This document shows, in pieces, positions 1-10,374 of a stretch of DNA of 64,000 bases. Every line of letters begins with the position of its first letter. Position 1 is the first letter of the stretch. The DNA is taken from the NCBI GenBank assembly GCA_027064085.1, contig JAMOQH010000157.1:706-64705 (forward strand). Direction: 5' to 3'. A program made the position numbers and the translations under genes. This DNA is from a bacterium. GTDB taxonomy: Bacteria; UBP6; JAFGXH01. The notes under the pieces were generated by a model. It was not told where the DNA came from. It did not search any database and saw only the letters and a program-made list of their open reading frames with translations.

Positions 1-1
1 C

Positions 2-886
2 GATGTTATAATTACAAGAGTTTACAAAGGAAGCCCTGCTGACAAACTAGGAGTTAAGCCTGAAATGAGTATAGAAAAAATTAATAATATACAAGTTTAT
101 GAAAAATCAAAAGAAGAAATTGATAAACTAATTAACGGAAAACTAGGGACTAACTTAACTTTAACATATTATTATAAAAACAGATTTAAAACATTAACAA
201 TTATAAGAGATAAAACAGATTTAGATGTAATTGAACACTTTTTAGTTAATAAAAAAATTATTTACATTAAAATATCTAGTTTTCAGAAAAACATTAGTAA
301 AAAATTCTTAAACATTGCATTAAGAAATAAAAAAAAGTCTATAATTTTAGATTTAAGAGATAATCCAGGTGGTTATGTTGACGAATCTGTAAAATTAGCA
401 AATTTATTTATTGAAAAAGGTGTTATTGTTTCTTCTATAGAAAGAAAAAAAGGAGAAGACTTTTATTATGCTAGTAAAAAAACTCCATTAAAAAACACTA
501 AAACTATTATTTTAATAAATAGTGAAACAGCCTCTGCGGCAGAAATATTTATAGCAGCAATGAAAGAATACAAAAAAGCAATTATTATTGGAGAAAGGAG
601 CTATGGAAAAGGAAGCATTCAGTCTATTATTAGAATAAACGGTAACGGGGCATTAAAATTAACAGTTGCATTATATTACACTCCAAAACATAATTTAATA
701 CAAGCAAAAGGAATAAAGCCACATATAGAAATACCAAAATTTTTTAAAATGGAAAAAAAAGAAAGAGAAGAGGATATTAAAAATATTATTAATTCAGAAA
801 AGAGTGATAAAAAAGAATTATTTTATCCAAGTTACTTAAAAGAGGATAAACAATTTATGACAGCTATAAGTTTTTTAAATAATTAA
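2..886 (+). CDS. S41 family C-terminal processing peptidase (CtpA/tail-specific protease-like), 5' end cut by window edge
   Basis: The frame is open from nt 2. It encodes a PDZ-like segment 'YKGSPADKLGVKPE' upstream of the first ATG at 65. S41 core motifs read from the translation: 'ILDLRDNPGGYV', 'INSETASAAEIFIAAMK', 'GERSYGKGSIQ'. Confidence 0.8.
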   Translation, partial: DVIITRVYKGSPADKLGVKPEMSIEKINNIQVYEKSKEEIDKLINGKLGTNLTLTYYYKNRFKTLTIIRDKTDLDVIEHFLVNKKIIYIKISSFQKNISKKFLNIALRNKKKSIILDLRDNPGGYVDESVKLANLFIEKGVIVSSIERKKGEDFYYASKKTPLKNTKTIILINSETASAAEIFIAAMKEYKKAIIIGERSYGKGSIQSIIRINGNGALKLTVALYYTPKHNLIQAKGIKPHIEIPKFFKMEKKEREEDIKNIINSEKSDKKELFYPSYLKEDKQFMTAISFLNN

Positions 887-895
887 AGAGGAAGT

Positions 896-1747
896 ATGTA
901 CACATTATTAAATGGAAAAGAGTTAAGTAAAAAAATTAAAAGAGAAATAGCAAGCGAAGTTGCCAGTATAATTGACTCAGGAAAACGCTCTCCTTCACTT
1001 GCTGTTGTTTTAGTTGGAGAAGATGAAGCCTCTAAAATTTATGTTAGAAATAAAATTAAAGCAACTAAAGCAACTGGAATTATTAGTCATGAATATAAAT
1101 TACCAGAATCAATAACAGAAAAAGAATTAATAGAAACCATTAGATTTTTAAATAATGACGATGAAGTTGATGGAATATTAGTACAACTCCCCCTCCCTAA
1201 ACAAATAAGTGAAGAAAAAATTATAAATTTAATTGCTCCAGAAAAAGATGTTGATGGTTTTACTCCTAAAAATACAGGAAGATTTTATATAGGCTTAAAC
1301 TCTTTAAAACCATGTACCCCAAGTGGAATAATGGAGTTTTTTAAAGAATATAATATTAAAATAGAGGGAAAATCTGCTGTAGTGCTAGGTAGGTCTAATA
1401 TAGTAGGTAAACCTATAGCAAATATGCTTTTAGAAAAGAATGCAACTGTTACTATCTGTCATTCTAAAACTCAAAACCTTAAAAAGATAGTTAAAAACAG
1501 CGATATCGTTGTTTCTGCAATAGGTAAAGCTGAATTTATTAAAGAAGATTGGATAAAAAAAGGAGCTGTTGTTATTGATGTTGGCATAAATTATAACGAA
1601 GCAAAACAATTAGTTGGAGATGTTGATTTTAAAAATGTTGCAGATAAATGTTCTTTTATAACTCCCGTACCAAAGGGAGTTGGACCTATGACTATAGCAA
1701 TGCTTATGAAAAACTGTTTAACTGCATATAAAATGAGAACAAAATAA
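896..1747 (+). CDS. folD: bifunctional methylenetetrahydrofolate dehydrogenase/cyclohydrolase FolD
   Basis: 283 aa. FolD signature stretches read: 'LAVVLVGEDEASKIYVRNK', 'DGILVQLPLP', 'KPCTPSGIMEF', 'AVVLGRSNIVGKP'. It lies 9 bp downstream of the peptidase gene. Confidence 0.9.
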   Translation: MYTLLNGKELSKKIKREIASEVASIIDSGKRSPSLAVVLVGEDEASKIYVRNKIKATKATGIISHEYKLPESITEKELIETIRFLNNDDEVDGILVQLPLPKQISEEKIINLIAPEKDVDGFTPKNTGRFYIGLNSLKPCTPSGIMEFFKEYNIKIEGKSAVVLGRSNIVGKPIANMLLEKNATVTICHSKTQNLKKIVKNSDIVVSAIGKAEFIKEDWIKKGAVVIDVGINYNEAKQLVGDVDFKNVADKCSFITPVPKGVGPMTIAMLMKNCLTAYKMRTK

Positions 1748-1751
1748 CAAG

Positions 1752-4700
1752 TTAATCAAGCTTTATCATTAAACCATCAATAATTTTATTAAAATAATCC
1801 AATGCTTGTTCTAAATTACTAAACTGACTAGTAATTGTTATATCATTTTTTTGACCAAATTTAATATTTGGATATTTATTTAAAAAAGGCATTAAACTAA
1901 CCAAGTCTAGTAAATCCGGGTCGTCTAAAATCATATAAATTATAGCTCTACTAATAGTTATTTTAGATATTTTATATTTCATTGCTCTGATTTTAATTTT
2001 TACTAAATTTAAAAAGTTAATAAGTTCCTCGGGGAACACTCCAAATCTATCTCTTAATTCTTCAGTAATTTCATCAACTTCTGTATCATCTATTGAGTTT
2101 GAAAGAGATTTATAAAATGATAACCTCGTAAATTCATCTTCAATATAAGAAGCCGGAATAAGAGCAGAAAAGGCGGTATTTAATTCTGTTTTGAAATCAA
2201 CAGAAGACTTCTTATCCCCCTTTAGTTCGGCAAGAGCTTCTTTTAGAAAATTCATATAAGTTTCATAGCCAACTTCATCAACATGTCCTTTTTGAGCAAA
2301 ACCGAGTAGAGTTCCTGCTCCTCTAATTTCCATATCTTGTAAAGCTATTTGAAAACCACTTCCCAAATCAGTATATCTTGAAATAACAGATAACCTTCTT
2401 TCGGCAATAGATGTAATTTTTCCTTTTTTAGGTAACTGTAATATGCAATAACCTTGTCTTTCTGCTCTTCCTACTCTACCCCTAAGCTGATATAAAGATG
2501 CTAATCCAAAATTATCAGCTCTATCAATTATCATAGTATTTGCATTTGGTATATCAATCCCTGATTCAATAATATTTGTAGAAAGTAATAAATCAAATTT
2601 TCCATCATAAAACTCCATCATTAACTTTTCTAGTTTTGATTTAGCTAGCTCTGCATGAGCAATTGCAAGTTTGATATTAGGAAAAAGCTCTAATAAGTAA
2701 TCTGCCTCTTGATAAATTGTAGCTATCCTATTGTGAATATAAAAGACTTGCCCCCCTCTATCTAGTTCAAAGGAAATTGCTTCTTTTAATTTTTTAGGAT
2801 TTTTACGAACAACTATAGTTTTTACTGATTTTCTGTTTTTTGGTGGGGTATTTATTATACTTAAATCCCTAATTCCAGAAAGGGAGAAGTTTAAAGTTCT
2901 AGGAATAGGAGTTGCAGTCATAGCGAGAGTATCTATATTTAGTTTTAATTCTCTTAATTTTTCCTTATCTTTTACTCCAAATTTATGCTCTTCATCTATA
3001 ATTAATAAGCCTAGCGATTTGAAATTAACCATTTTAGCTAAAATAGCCTGAGTACCAATTAAAATATCTATTTTTCCTCTTTTTAACTGTTCAAAAATGA
3101 TTTTTTTATCTTTAACAGACTTAAAACTACTAATAAAATTTATTTCTATAGGAAAATTAGAAAACCTTTTTTTAAATGTCAAATAATGCTGAAACGACAA
3201 AACTGTTGTTGGAGCAAGTATTGCAACTTGCTTGTTATCTGCAACAGCCTTAAATGCTGCTCTCATCGCAACTTCAGTTTTTCCAAATCCAACATCTCCA
3301 CAAACAAGCCTATCCATAGGCTTAATATTTTCCATGTCTCCCATAATTTCATTAATTGTTTTTTCTTGATCTACAGTTAAAATATATGGAAACTCTGAAA
3401 CAAAAGCATCATATAACTCATCATTTTGAGTAAAAGCATAACCTCTTGCAGTCATTCTAGAAGCATATAGTTGAATTAGTTCTTTTGCTATTTTTTCTAT
3501 AGACTTTTTAATTCTTCGTTTTCTATTTTCCCAAGCCTTAGACCTAAAACTATCTAACTTAGTAGTAGTTTCACTAGAGCTATGTTTATAGAGTAATGAC
3601 ATATTATAAACAGGAAGAAATAATTTATCACCCTTTGCGTAATCAATTTCTAAAAAATCAGTAATATTTCCATTTATTGTTTTTGAAGAAATGCCTATAT
3701 ATTTCCCTATACCATAATTAGTATGAACAACAAAATCCCCTTTATTTAAATCAGAAAATGAAGAGATTATATTTTTCATTCTTTTAGTTGATGCTGGAGG
3801 CGAATAAACCCCTAAAATCAAATAATCAGATAAAAATATTTCTTCATTTGTCTGAAAAGCATCTTTTAATAACCCTGTTTTCCAAATAATTCCGCTACTT
3901 AACAAATCAAGTTGATTTAATATTTTTTCTATTTTTTGTTTTCTTTCTTCAACAACATAAAAAATAATAACTTTTTTATCCTGTTTTAAATTATCTTCAA
4001 TTAATTTTGATAACCTAAAATATGTTTTAGGTTCTTGTAAGATTATTCTATAGGGTGAAGTTATTTCTGAATTTAATACTATAGTTTGCTTAGTTCCATC
4101 TTGAATAGGAGATATTTGAAATATTTTTTTACTGTTTTTACTATTATTATCTAAAATTGTTTTTAATGTTTTTAAATCATAATATATTTCACTTTTATTA
4201 ACTTTGTATATTTCATCTATTTCCTGAGCAATATTATTTGTATCGTATAAAAAAATATTTTTATACTTCTTTTTAATTAAGGTAAAAACTGTTGTTGGAT
4301 CTTTATAAAAAAATGGAGCATACTCTATTAATTCTTGACTAATATTTTTTTCTTCAATAAGTGATAATAATTTATCTAATTTATCATAAGAAATTATTTC
4401 ATTTTCAAATTCACTATTTATATATTTTTTAAAATTTTCAATATTGTTATCAGTAAAATCAAAGCGAATTGAAGAAATCAGTTTAAAAGACTTAATTTCT
4501 TCTATTGTTGTTTGAAAATCTGCATCAAAAAACCTGATTGATTCTATTTCATCTCCAAAGAGCTCAATTCTTATTGGATTTTGATAATAAGGAACAAAAA
4601 CATCTATTATTCCACCCTTTATTTGAAAACACCCCTTCTCCTCTACGGGAACCTCATATCTATAACCTAAATCCAATAATTTTCTTCTAAAATTATCTAC

Positions 4701-5063
4701 ATTGATTTCTTGTTCTATTTTAATTTCATCATAATCATTTTTGTTTATTTCTGGTATTTTTTTAAAAAGAGCTTCTAGAGTAATTATTGGTATTGAATTT
4801 TCAACAAATATTTTATAAAGACTAGAAGTTTCCTCTATAAATTTTTCGTAATCAAAAAATTGATTATTTTCTAATATATTTTTATATAAAATATTGCTTT
4901 TTTTCTTTATTTTTAAAAATTCAGCAAATAAATCAATTTCAGTTTTTACTTTTTCAGCTACTTTATTACTAGGAACAATAATCGCAAACTTTTTAATCTC
5001 TTTTATATTTTTTAAAAGATAATAAACAGGAGCAGGATTTAATATTGATTGTATATTTCTCAT
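1752..5063 (-). CDS. mfd: transcription-repair coupling factor Mfd
   Basis: 1103 aa. Superfamily-2 helicase core with Walker A 'CGDVGFGKTEVAMRAAF' and 'LLIIDEEHKFGV', plus 'LAMTATPIPRTL'. A CarD/TRCF-type RNAP-interacting region ('FVVHTNYGIGKY') precedes the helicase, and a TRCF C-terminal domain follows. Confidence 0.9.
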   Translation of the reverse strand: MRNIQSILNPAPVYYLLKNIKEIKKFAIIVPSNKVAEKVKTEIDLFAEFLKIKKKSNILYKNILENNQFFDYEKFIEETSSLYKIFVENSIPIITLEALFKKIPEINKNDYDEIKIEQEINVDNFRRKLLDLGYRYEVPVEEKGCFQIKGGIIDVFVPYYQNPIRIELFGDEIESIRFFDADFQTTIEEIKSFKLISSIRFDFTDNNIENFKKYINSEFENEIISYDKLDKLLSLIEEKNISQELIEYAPFFYKDPTTVFTLIKKKYKNIFLYDTNNIAQEIDEIYKVNKSEIYYDLKTLKTILDNNSKNSKKIFQISPIQDGTKQTIVLNSEITSPYRIILQEPKTYFRLSKLIEDNLKQDKKVIIFYVVEERKQKIEKILNQLDLLSSGIIWKTGLLKDAFQTNEEIFLSDYLILGVYSPPASTKRMKNIISSFSDLNKGDFVVHTNYGIGKYIGISSKTINGNITDFLEIDYAKGDKLFLPVYNMSLLYKHSSSETTTKLDSFRSKAWENRKRRIKKSIEKIAKELIQLYASRMTARGYAFTQNDELYDAFVSEFPYILTVDQEKTINEIMGDMENIKPMDRLVCGDVGFGKTEVAMRAAFKAVADNKQVAILAPTTVLSFQHYLTFKKRFSNFPIEINFISSFKSVKDKKIIFEQLKRGKIDILIGTQAILAKMVNFKSLGLLIIDEEHKFGVKDKEKLRELKLNIDTLAMTATPIPRTLNFSLSGIRDLSIINTPPKNRKSVKTIVVRKNPKKLKEAISFELDRGGQVFYIHNRIATIYQEADYLLELFPNIKLAIAHAELAKSKLEKLMMEFYDGKFDLLLSTNIIESGIDIPNANTMIIDRADNFGLASLYQLRGRVGRAERQGYCILQLPKKGKITSIAERRLSVISRYTDLGSGFQIALQDMEIRGAGTLLGFAQKGHVDEVGYETYMNFLKEALAELKGDKKSSVDFKTELNTAFSALIPASYIEDEFTRLSFYKSLSNSIDDTEVDEITEELRDRFGVFPEELINFLNLVKIKIRAMKYKISKITISRAIIYMILDDPDLLDLVSLMPFLNKYPNIKFGQKNDITITSQFSNLEQALDYFNKIIDGLMIKLD

Positions 5064-5097
5064 AATTTACCAAAAATAAATAATAAAAGCAAAATAA

Positions 5098-6084
5098 CTA
5101 TTCTTTTTTAATTTTATTTATTTCTCCTTTTGATAATCCTGTTAATTCCATAATTTTATTAATATCTGTTTTAGTATTTATTAATAATTTCACTAAATTT
5201 ACAATTTGTTTTTTAGCTTTTTCCTCTCTCTCAAGAGCTTTTTCTTTTTCTTTTTGAGCTTTTTCTATCTTTTCTTTAGCTTCTTCAAGACCTTTTTGTA
5301 TCCCTTTGTTTTCAGCTGTGCTTAGTACAGCATACCAATCTCGGTATTCCTTTAAACTTGCTAGATATTTGTTTTGGTCTTTTTTATCCATATTTACAAA
5401 TTCTGCTTTATTAAAAGCATCTTTTATCACTTTATCATCATTAAATATCTTGGGAATTTCATTTAGAGAATCTAAATTATTTAAAAAATAAAACCATTTA
5501 TCCAAATATGTATTTAATTCATTTTCTCTTTTGGTAAATTTAGGCATCTCTACAAATACATAATTTAATTTATCGTAAAATACATCATTATTCTGGTCTT
5601 TTAACTTCACATAATGAAGATAATCTTTATTATTGTTTTCTTTAAACTCAAAATCAAGTATTCCTATACAATAAACAGCACTTAGTTTATAGTCCCAACT
5701 CACCTTTCTTGGACTTCCATCTCTTGTTAATGCAGTTCCATCGTAATATAAGCCTTTTAAACCTTGCTCCTGTATTAAAATACTTGAATAATATACCATT
5801 CTATCTTTAAAATAGGTTTGCTCTGCTCTTTGCAATTCTACAAGTATGTGATTATTGTCTTCGTCAAGGCAGTAAATATCAAAAACGGTATTCCTGTCTC
5901 TTTTGCTTAAACCCAGCTTTTCTAAGTTTTTAAACTCTAAATCAACTATTTTAGCCCTATTTTCAAGCTCCAAAAAAGCATTGATAAAAGATATAAGCTG
6001 TGGTTTACTTCCTTCTTCACCAAATAGTTTTTTAAAACCATAATCTGTGAATGGATTTATATATTTTGATGTTAAACACATCAT
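5098..6084 (-). CDS. Rpn-family recombination-promoting nuclease / PD-(D/E)XK putative transposase
   Basis: The N-terminus 'YINPFTDYGFKKLFGEE' is the hallmark of the Rpn/YhgA-like PD-(D/E)XK 'putative transposase' family. A 'DIYCLDEDNNHILVELQ' nuclease-core-like stretch follows. The tail is a Lys/Glu-rich coiled coil. The gene sits 34 bp upstream of mfd on the same strand. Confidence 0.75.
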   Translation of the reverse strand: MMCLTSKYINPFTDYGFKKLFGEEGSKPQLISFINAFLELENRAKIVDLEFKNLEKLGLSKRDRNTVFDIYCLDEDNNHILVELQRAEQTYFKDRMVYYSSILIQEQGLKGLYYDGTALTRDGSPRKVSWDYKLSAVYCIGILDFEFKENNNKDYLHYVKLKDQNNDVFYDKLNYVFVEMPKFTKRENELNTYLDKWFYFLNNLDSLNEIPKIFNDDKVIKDAFNKAEFVNMDKKDQNKYLASLKEYRDWYAVLSTAENKGIQKGLEEAKEKIEKAQKEKEKALEREEKAKKQIVNLVKLLINTKTDINKIMELTGLSKGEINKIKKE

Positions 6085-6745
6085 TCCTCCTCTGGCTCTT
6101 TATGCAATTGCCCTAGTATATTATAACTTATATTTGGGATTATGCAAGATTTTTTATGTGATTTTATTGATGTATTAAATACTTATCAACAACAAAATAG
6201 TAAAGAGGAAAAGAACTACTTAAAACGAGAGTAATTTATCTCTTTTTAAAGAGATATTAGTAGTGTCAGTGGAAGAATACTGTAATTTGCACTATTTTAT
6301 TAGTTGTAACAATAGGTTAGAAAATATATTAAGTTTTATAAAAAAAATATTGAGTCAACTATAAATAATGATTTTATTTTTTAACCCATATTTCCTTTTT
6401 TTATTAAGGAGCATTGTTTTTGTAGTAATAAATGCTGTATTTAGTGGAAGAATTGCAAATAACTCTCTTGCAACTCTTAAAGCAACTCCACAGACATAAT
6501 CTTGATATAATTCATAAAATTTAGCTTTAGTCATATTTTTTTCAGATACCTTTCCACTTTTATTTATAAAAGTTAGCTTATTTTTGTGAAGAAAACACTT
6601 AAAGGTGTTTGATGAACCTTAATAATATTTAAATTTATACTAACGGAATAATAAAACGGTAGAAAATAAACACTTTTCTATAAATTTACTTAAAAAATAA
6701 ATATTAATGTGTTATAATGTTGCTCATTAAAGTTATGGAGGTTTT

Positions 6746-9622
6746 ATGATTTGTCCTAATTGTGGCCATAAAGAAGATTATGATTTTTATATTTGTCCGA
6801 AATGCCAATACGATATTGATGTGGATATCAATAAAGATGACCCCGACTTTGATGATGAACTGGCAAGTGTTTTAGATGAACAAACCAATTATCAAATAGA
6901 TGCTAATGAATTAATGTTTGAGGAAGATACAAGTATCCGATATGATAATAATGTTATAGAAGAACTGGTTGATGATTTAATTGAAGAAAATAAGTCTCAA
7001 CTTGAAGTTAATCAGGTTTTCAACTTACATATTAATGAAAAAGATCTTATTGGTCGAGATGATGAACTAAATAAACTGTTATTATATTTTAAAAAAATAA
7101 GAGAAAATAATTCAGTAGCCTCCTTAACTGTAGTGAGCGAACATGGCCTTGGAAAAACTGATTTAATTTCATTATTTTTAAGAAAAATAAAATCTTCTGA
7201 CTCCACAATTATGATTATAGAAGCAACAGGATTAGGTAACACTAAAAATGAAGATTACTCTATTTTTAAATCAATACTTAAAAAACTAACCCAAATATCT
7301 GATTCTGATATTAGTGATATAAAAAAACAAAAACTAAAAGTTTTTTTAAAAGAATCAACTCCATTTCACCTATACCATGAATTAAAGGTTGTTTTTAGCC
7401 GATTATTAGAAATGAAAACAGAAAAAGATATTGAAGAAATGGATATAATGTCCTATGATAGACTTTTAAAAAGAAGCTTTAGGCAAATATTTAACTATTA
7501 CACATCTCAAAATATTTTTTTAATTTTAGCAATTAAAGATTTTCATAATATTGATATTAGATCTATAGAAATGATTGACTACTTTATGTCTTTACCAAAC
7601 TACAAGAATTTACTCTTTTTATTGACATCAGAATTAGAAGATAAAGTTCAAAGATTTTTAAAAGGAGAACATTCAAAAAGATTTTTTCTAAAGTTATTAC
7701 CCTTGACACAAGAAGATTCTGTAAAATTAGTTAAGCACATATTAAAAGATATTAAAAACTTAGAATTAGAAACTATAGAATTAATTGTAGCAAATACCAA
7801 AGGAACACCACTGCATATAAAAGAAAGCATTAGTTATTTAGTAAATTCAGGTGCAATTATTCAAAAAAACGGAAAATATACTGGAATTAATAAATTAGTA
7901 CTAAAAAGAATTCAGATTCCAATGACTTTTGAAGAAACAATCAGAGCTAAAATAGATAGATTATCTAAATTTGACTACTCTATTTTACAATTAGCATCAA
8001 TATCAGGAGAAATATTTAAATATAGCTATATAAAGTTACTTATAAATATTGATAACCTCGTTGTAAAAGAAGAAAATAAAATAAAATTGTGGAATACTAA
8101 AAATTTAGAAAATAAATTAAGTAAAACATTTGAAAATTTAATTAAAGAAGATGTATTAAAAAAACAAAAAGGGACTCTAAATGATCAAGAATACTTATTT
8201 AGTAATACAGTAGAACAAAAACTCATATATTCTACAATTCCGCCAAGATTAAAAAAAATATATCATGGATATTTAGCTCAATATTTAGAGTCTAAACTTG
8301 ATAAAAAAATGGAAAAAAACTTAGAACAATTATCGCTACAATATAAATTAGCATCAAATACATATCAAGCATCTAAATATTATTTTGTTGCAGCTAAAAA
8401 AGCTGAAGAAAGATATGCAAACCGAAGAGCCATAAAGTATAACTTAGAAGCATTAAACCTTCTTCCTGCTGAAAATGTACTAAACAGGCTTGAGGTATTA
8501 CATAACCTAGGCTCTTTATATACGCTTATTGGTAAAACAGAGGATTCTATAGTAACTTTTGAAGAAATGGTTCAACTTTCACAAATAATACTAAACAACA
8601 ATAAACTTGGAGCTGCATATAATAAGATAGGAAGAATCTATAGAGATATTGGTTCTCATAAAAAATCATCAAACTACCTAACCCTTGCTTACAATAGCTT
8701 TAGGATAGCAAAAGATAGAAGAGGTATTGCATCAACACTTGATGACTTAGGTCGCTTATATTGGCAACAAGGTAAATTTGAAGAGTCTCTAAAAAACTAT
8801 ATGAAATCTCTTGATATAAGAAAAAAACTAAACATGCCTAAGTCAATAGCATTATCATTAAACAATATTGGCTTACTATATTATTCTCAAGGCTTTGTTG
8901 ATGAAGCAGAGGAATATTTATTTGAAGCCTATAAACTAAGAAAACAAATTAAGGACAAACAAGGTGAAATGTCTTCTTTAAATAATCTTGCAATATTAAC
9001 AGATAATAAAGGAGACGACATTGAAGCAAGGGCATTATGGCTTAAATCTTTAACAATTGCAGAAGAAATAGGTGACATAAAATACCAAGCAACTTGTATG
9101 AATAATTTAGGCGGGCTGTTTATTGAAAGCAATAAGTACAATAAGGCACAAGACTATCTGAAAAATGCTTTAGAGATAGCTCTGGAATCCTCTAACAAGA
9201 GAATACTAGGATACATTTACCTTAATTTGGGTGAACTAAACTTAAAGCAACATAAAACATCTAATGCTAAAAAATATCTTGAGAGAGCATTTGAGCTTTC
9301 AGAAGAATCTGGAGATAAACAAGTCGCAGGAAGAGTTTATTGTTTATTTGGAGACATTGAGTCCGCTACACTATTTAATGATAATGGTGGTGATGGAGTT
9401 GCTCCAGCTGAAGATTATTACCTAAGAAGCTTAGATTTACTAAGAAAGGTATCTGAACCTTTAATGGCTGCAACAAATATCTCATATGCAGAATACTTAT
9501 TAAGCAAAGGCAAAAAAGGCAAAGCTAAAAAATTATTAAATCAAGCAGAAAATATATATCAAAATTACAATATGCAACTTAAATTATCTAAAATAAGAAG
9601 ATTAAAAAAAGATATACTATAG
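6746..9622 (+). CDS. zinc-ribbon + AAA_16 (STAND-like) P-loop NTPase + TPR-repeat signalling protein
   Basis: 958 aa. N-terminal double Cys pair 'CPNCGH...CPKCQY' (zinc ribbon), then an acidic linker. The AAA_16-type pattern 'LIGRDDELNKLLLYFKKIRENNSVASLTVVSEHGLGKTDLISLF' matches 'GRExEL...GExGxGKT'. The C-terminal ~400 aa read as tandem TPR-like repeats (e.g. 'LDDLGRLYWQQGKFEESLKNYMKSLDI', 'LNNIGLLYYSQGFVDEAEEYLFEAYKL'). A GGAGG-like RBS lies upstream. Confidence 0.6.
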   Translation: MICPNCGHKEDYDFYICPKCQYDIDVDINKDDPDFDDELASVLDEQTNYQIDANELMFEEDTSIRYDNNVIEELVDDLIEENKSQLEVNQVFNLHINEKDLIGRDDELNKLLLYFKKIRENNSVASLTVVSEHGLGKTDLISLFLRKIKSSDSTIMIIEATGLGNTKNEDYSIFKSILKKLTQISDSDISDIKKQKLKVFLKESTPFHLYHELKVVFSRLLEMKTEKDIEEMDIMSYDRLLKRSFRQIFNYYTSQNIFLILAIKDFHNIDIRSIEMIDYFMSLPNYKNLLFLLTSELEDKVQRFLKGEHSKRFFLKLLPLTQEDSVKLVKHILKDIKNLELETIELIVANTKGTPLHIKESISYLVNSGAIIQKNGKYTGINKLVLKRIQIPMTFEETIRAKIDRLSKFDYSILQLASISGEIFKYSYIKLLINIDNLVVKEENKIKLWNTKNLENKLSKTFENLIKEDVLKKQKGTLNDQEYLFSNTVEQKLIYSTIPPRLKKIYHGYLAQYLESKLDKKMEKNLEQLSLQYKLASNTYQASKYYFVAAKKAEERYANRRAIKYNLEALNLLPAENVLNRLEVLHNLGSLYTLIGKTEDSIVTFEEMVQLSQIILNNNKLGAAYNKIGRIYRDIGSHKKSSNYLTLAYNSFRIAKDRRGIASTLDDLGRLYWQQGKFEESLKNYMKSLDIRKKLNMPKSIALSLNNIGLLYYSQGFVDEAEEYLFEAYKLRKQIKDKQGEMSSLNNLAILTDNKGDDIEARALWLKSLTIAEEIGDIKYQATCMNNLGGLFIESNKYNKAQDYLKNALEIALESSNKRILGYIYLNLGELNLKQHKTSNAKKYLERAFELSEESGDKQVAGRVYCLFGDIESATLFNDNGGDGVAPAEDYYLRSLDLLRKVSEPLMAATNISYAEYLLSKGKKGKAKKLLNQAENIYQNYNMQLKLSKIRRLKKDIL

Positions 9623-9632
9623 GAGTAAATAA

Positions 9633-10370
9633 ATGCAAATATTAATAGGGACAGATAATCCAACATTTAGTCTAAAAAAATACACAGAACAATTTAATTT
9701 TTTAGAATATGGGGATACGTATAAAGCTTTTGTAAAAAAGAAAACTCTTTTAAATATAAGAAAAAAAGCTGGAGACAATTTTTCCTTTTCATTAAAAGCT
9801 CCATTATTTATTGCAGAAGACCAAGAAACAATAAAAAGATTTTCATCAAATGTTCCACTGCTAAACAAAGAAAGCTTAAGCAACTATGGATTATTCAAAA
9901 AAACGCAAGAAAATCAAAAACTTACAGAAATACTTATACAGGAAATTGAAAATTTAGATGCAGATGCTACAATTTTTTATACTTCTAACAAATTTCAACC
10001 TACCAAAGAAAACATTAAAAATATAAATCAATACTTTAAAGATTTAGGCTCATATCTAAAAAAAGATGACAGGGACCTATTTTGGACCCCTTTAGGTTTT
10101 TGGTCTCCAGATATCATTATGGAAGCATTAAAAGATACATCGGTTATTCCAGCTTATGATCCGCTCATAGATGAAATAGAAATAAACTCTCTTGTTAATT
10201 ATTTTGTAATGAGAGGACTAGGAAGATACTCAAAAGGATACTCTGATTCTGCTCTTGAAAACCTAGCCGAAATTATTTTCAATAAAGGCGTTGATACCTA
10301 TGTTGTTTTTCAAGGAACATATCAAGTTTCAAATGCAAAAAGATTCAACGAAATTATAAAATATTGGTAA
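9633..10370 (+). CDS. DUF72 (YecE-like) family protein
   Basis: 245 aa. 'ILIGTDNPTF...YTEQFNFLEYGDTYKAF...NFSFSLKAPLFI' parallels the YecE pattern 'IGLPQW...FNCVEGNTTLYALP...FRFCFKFPATI'. It starts 10 bp after the NTPase gene. Confidence 0.55.
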   Translation: MQILIGTDNPTFSLKKYTEQFNFLEYGDTYKAFVKKKTLLNIRKKAGDNFSFSLKAPLFIAEDQETIKRFSSNVPLLNKESLSNYGLFKKTQENQKLTEILIQEIENLDADATIFYTSNKFQPTKENIKNINQYFKDLGSYLKKDDRDLFWTPLGFWSPDIIMEALKDTSVIPAYDPLIDEIEINSLVNYFVMRGLGRYSKGYSDSALENLAEIIFNKGVDTYVVFQGTYQVSNAKRFNEIIKYW

Positions 10371-10374
10371 TAAT

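Noticed and set aside
3186-3380. 64-aa plus-strand ORF
   Set aside because: It lies entirely inside the mfd coding region on the opposite strand and has a Cys/Ser/Asn-rich low-complexity translation. It is a typical antisense artefact in AT-rich DNA.
5306-5491. 61-aa plus-strand ORF
   Set aside because: Antisense to and inside the Rpn-family gene. No RBS or motif.
7012-9141. Three short minus-strand ORFs (7012-7242, 7648-7830, 8929-9141)
   Set aside because: All are embedded antisense within the 958-aa NTPase/TPR gene. Their translations are hydrophobic, low-complexity and non-protein-like.
6746-9622. Labelling the 958-aa protein outright as an Avs-type antiviral STAND
   Set aside because: Known Avs proteins carry a recognisable N-terminal effector such as a nuclease, SIR2 or protease, and none is visible here. 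Zinc ribbon - AAA_16 - TPR is equally typical of signalling and transcriptional-regulator NTPases. It is kept as a hypothesis in the findings.
9617-9883. 88-aa minus-strand ORF
   Set aside because: It overlaps the start of the DUF72 gene and the end of the NTPase gene. Its composition is poor, and the flanking well-supported genes are preferred.
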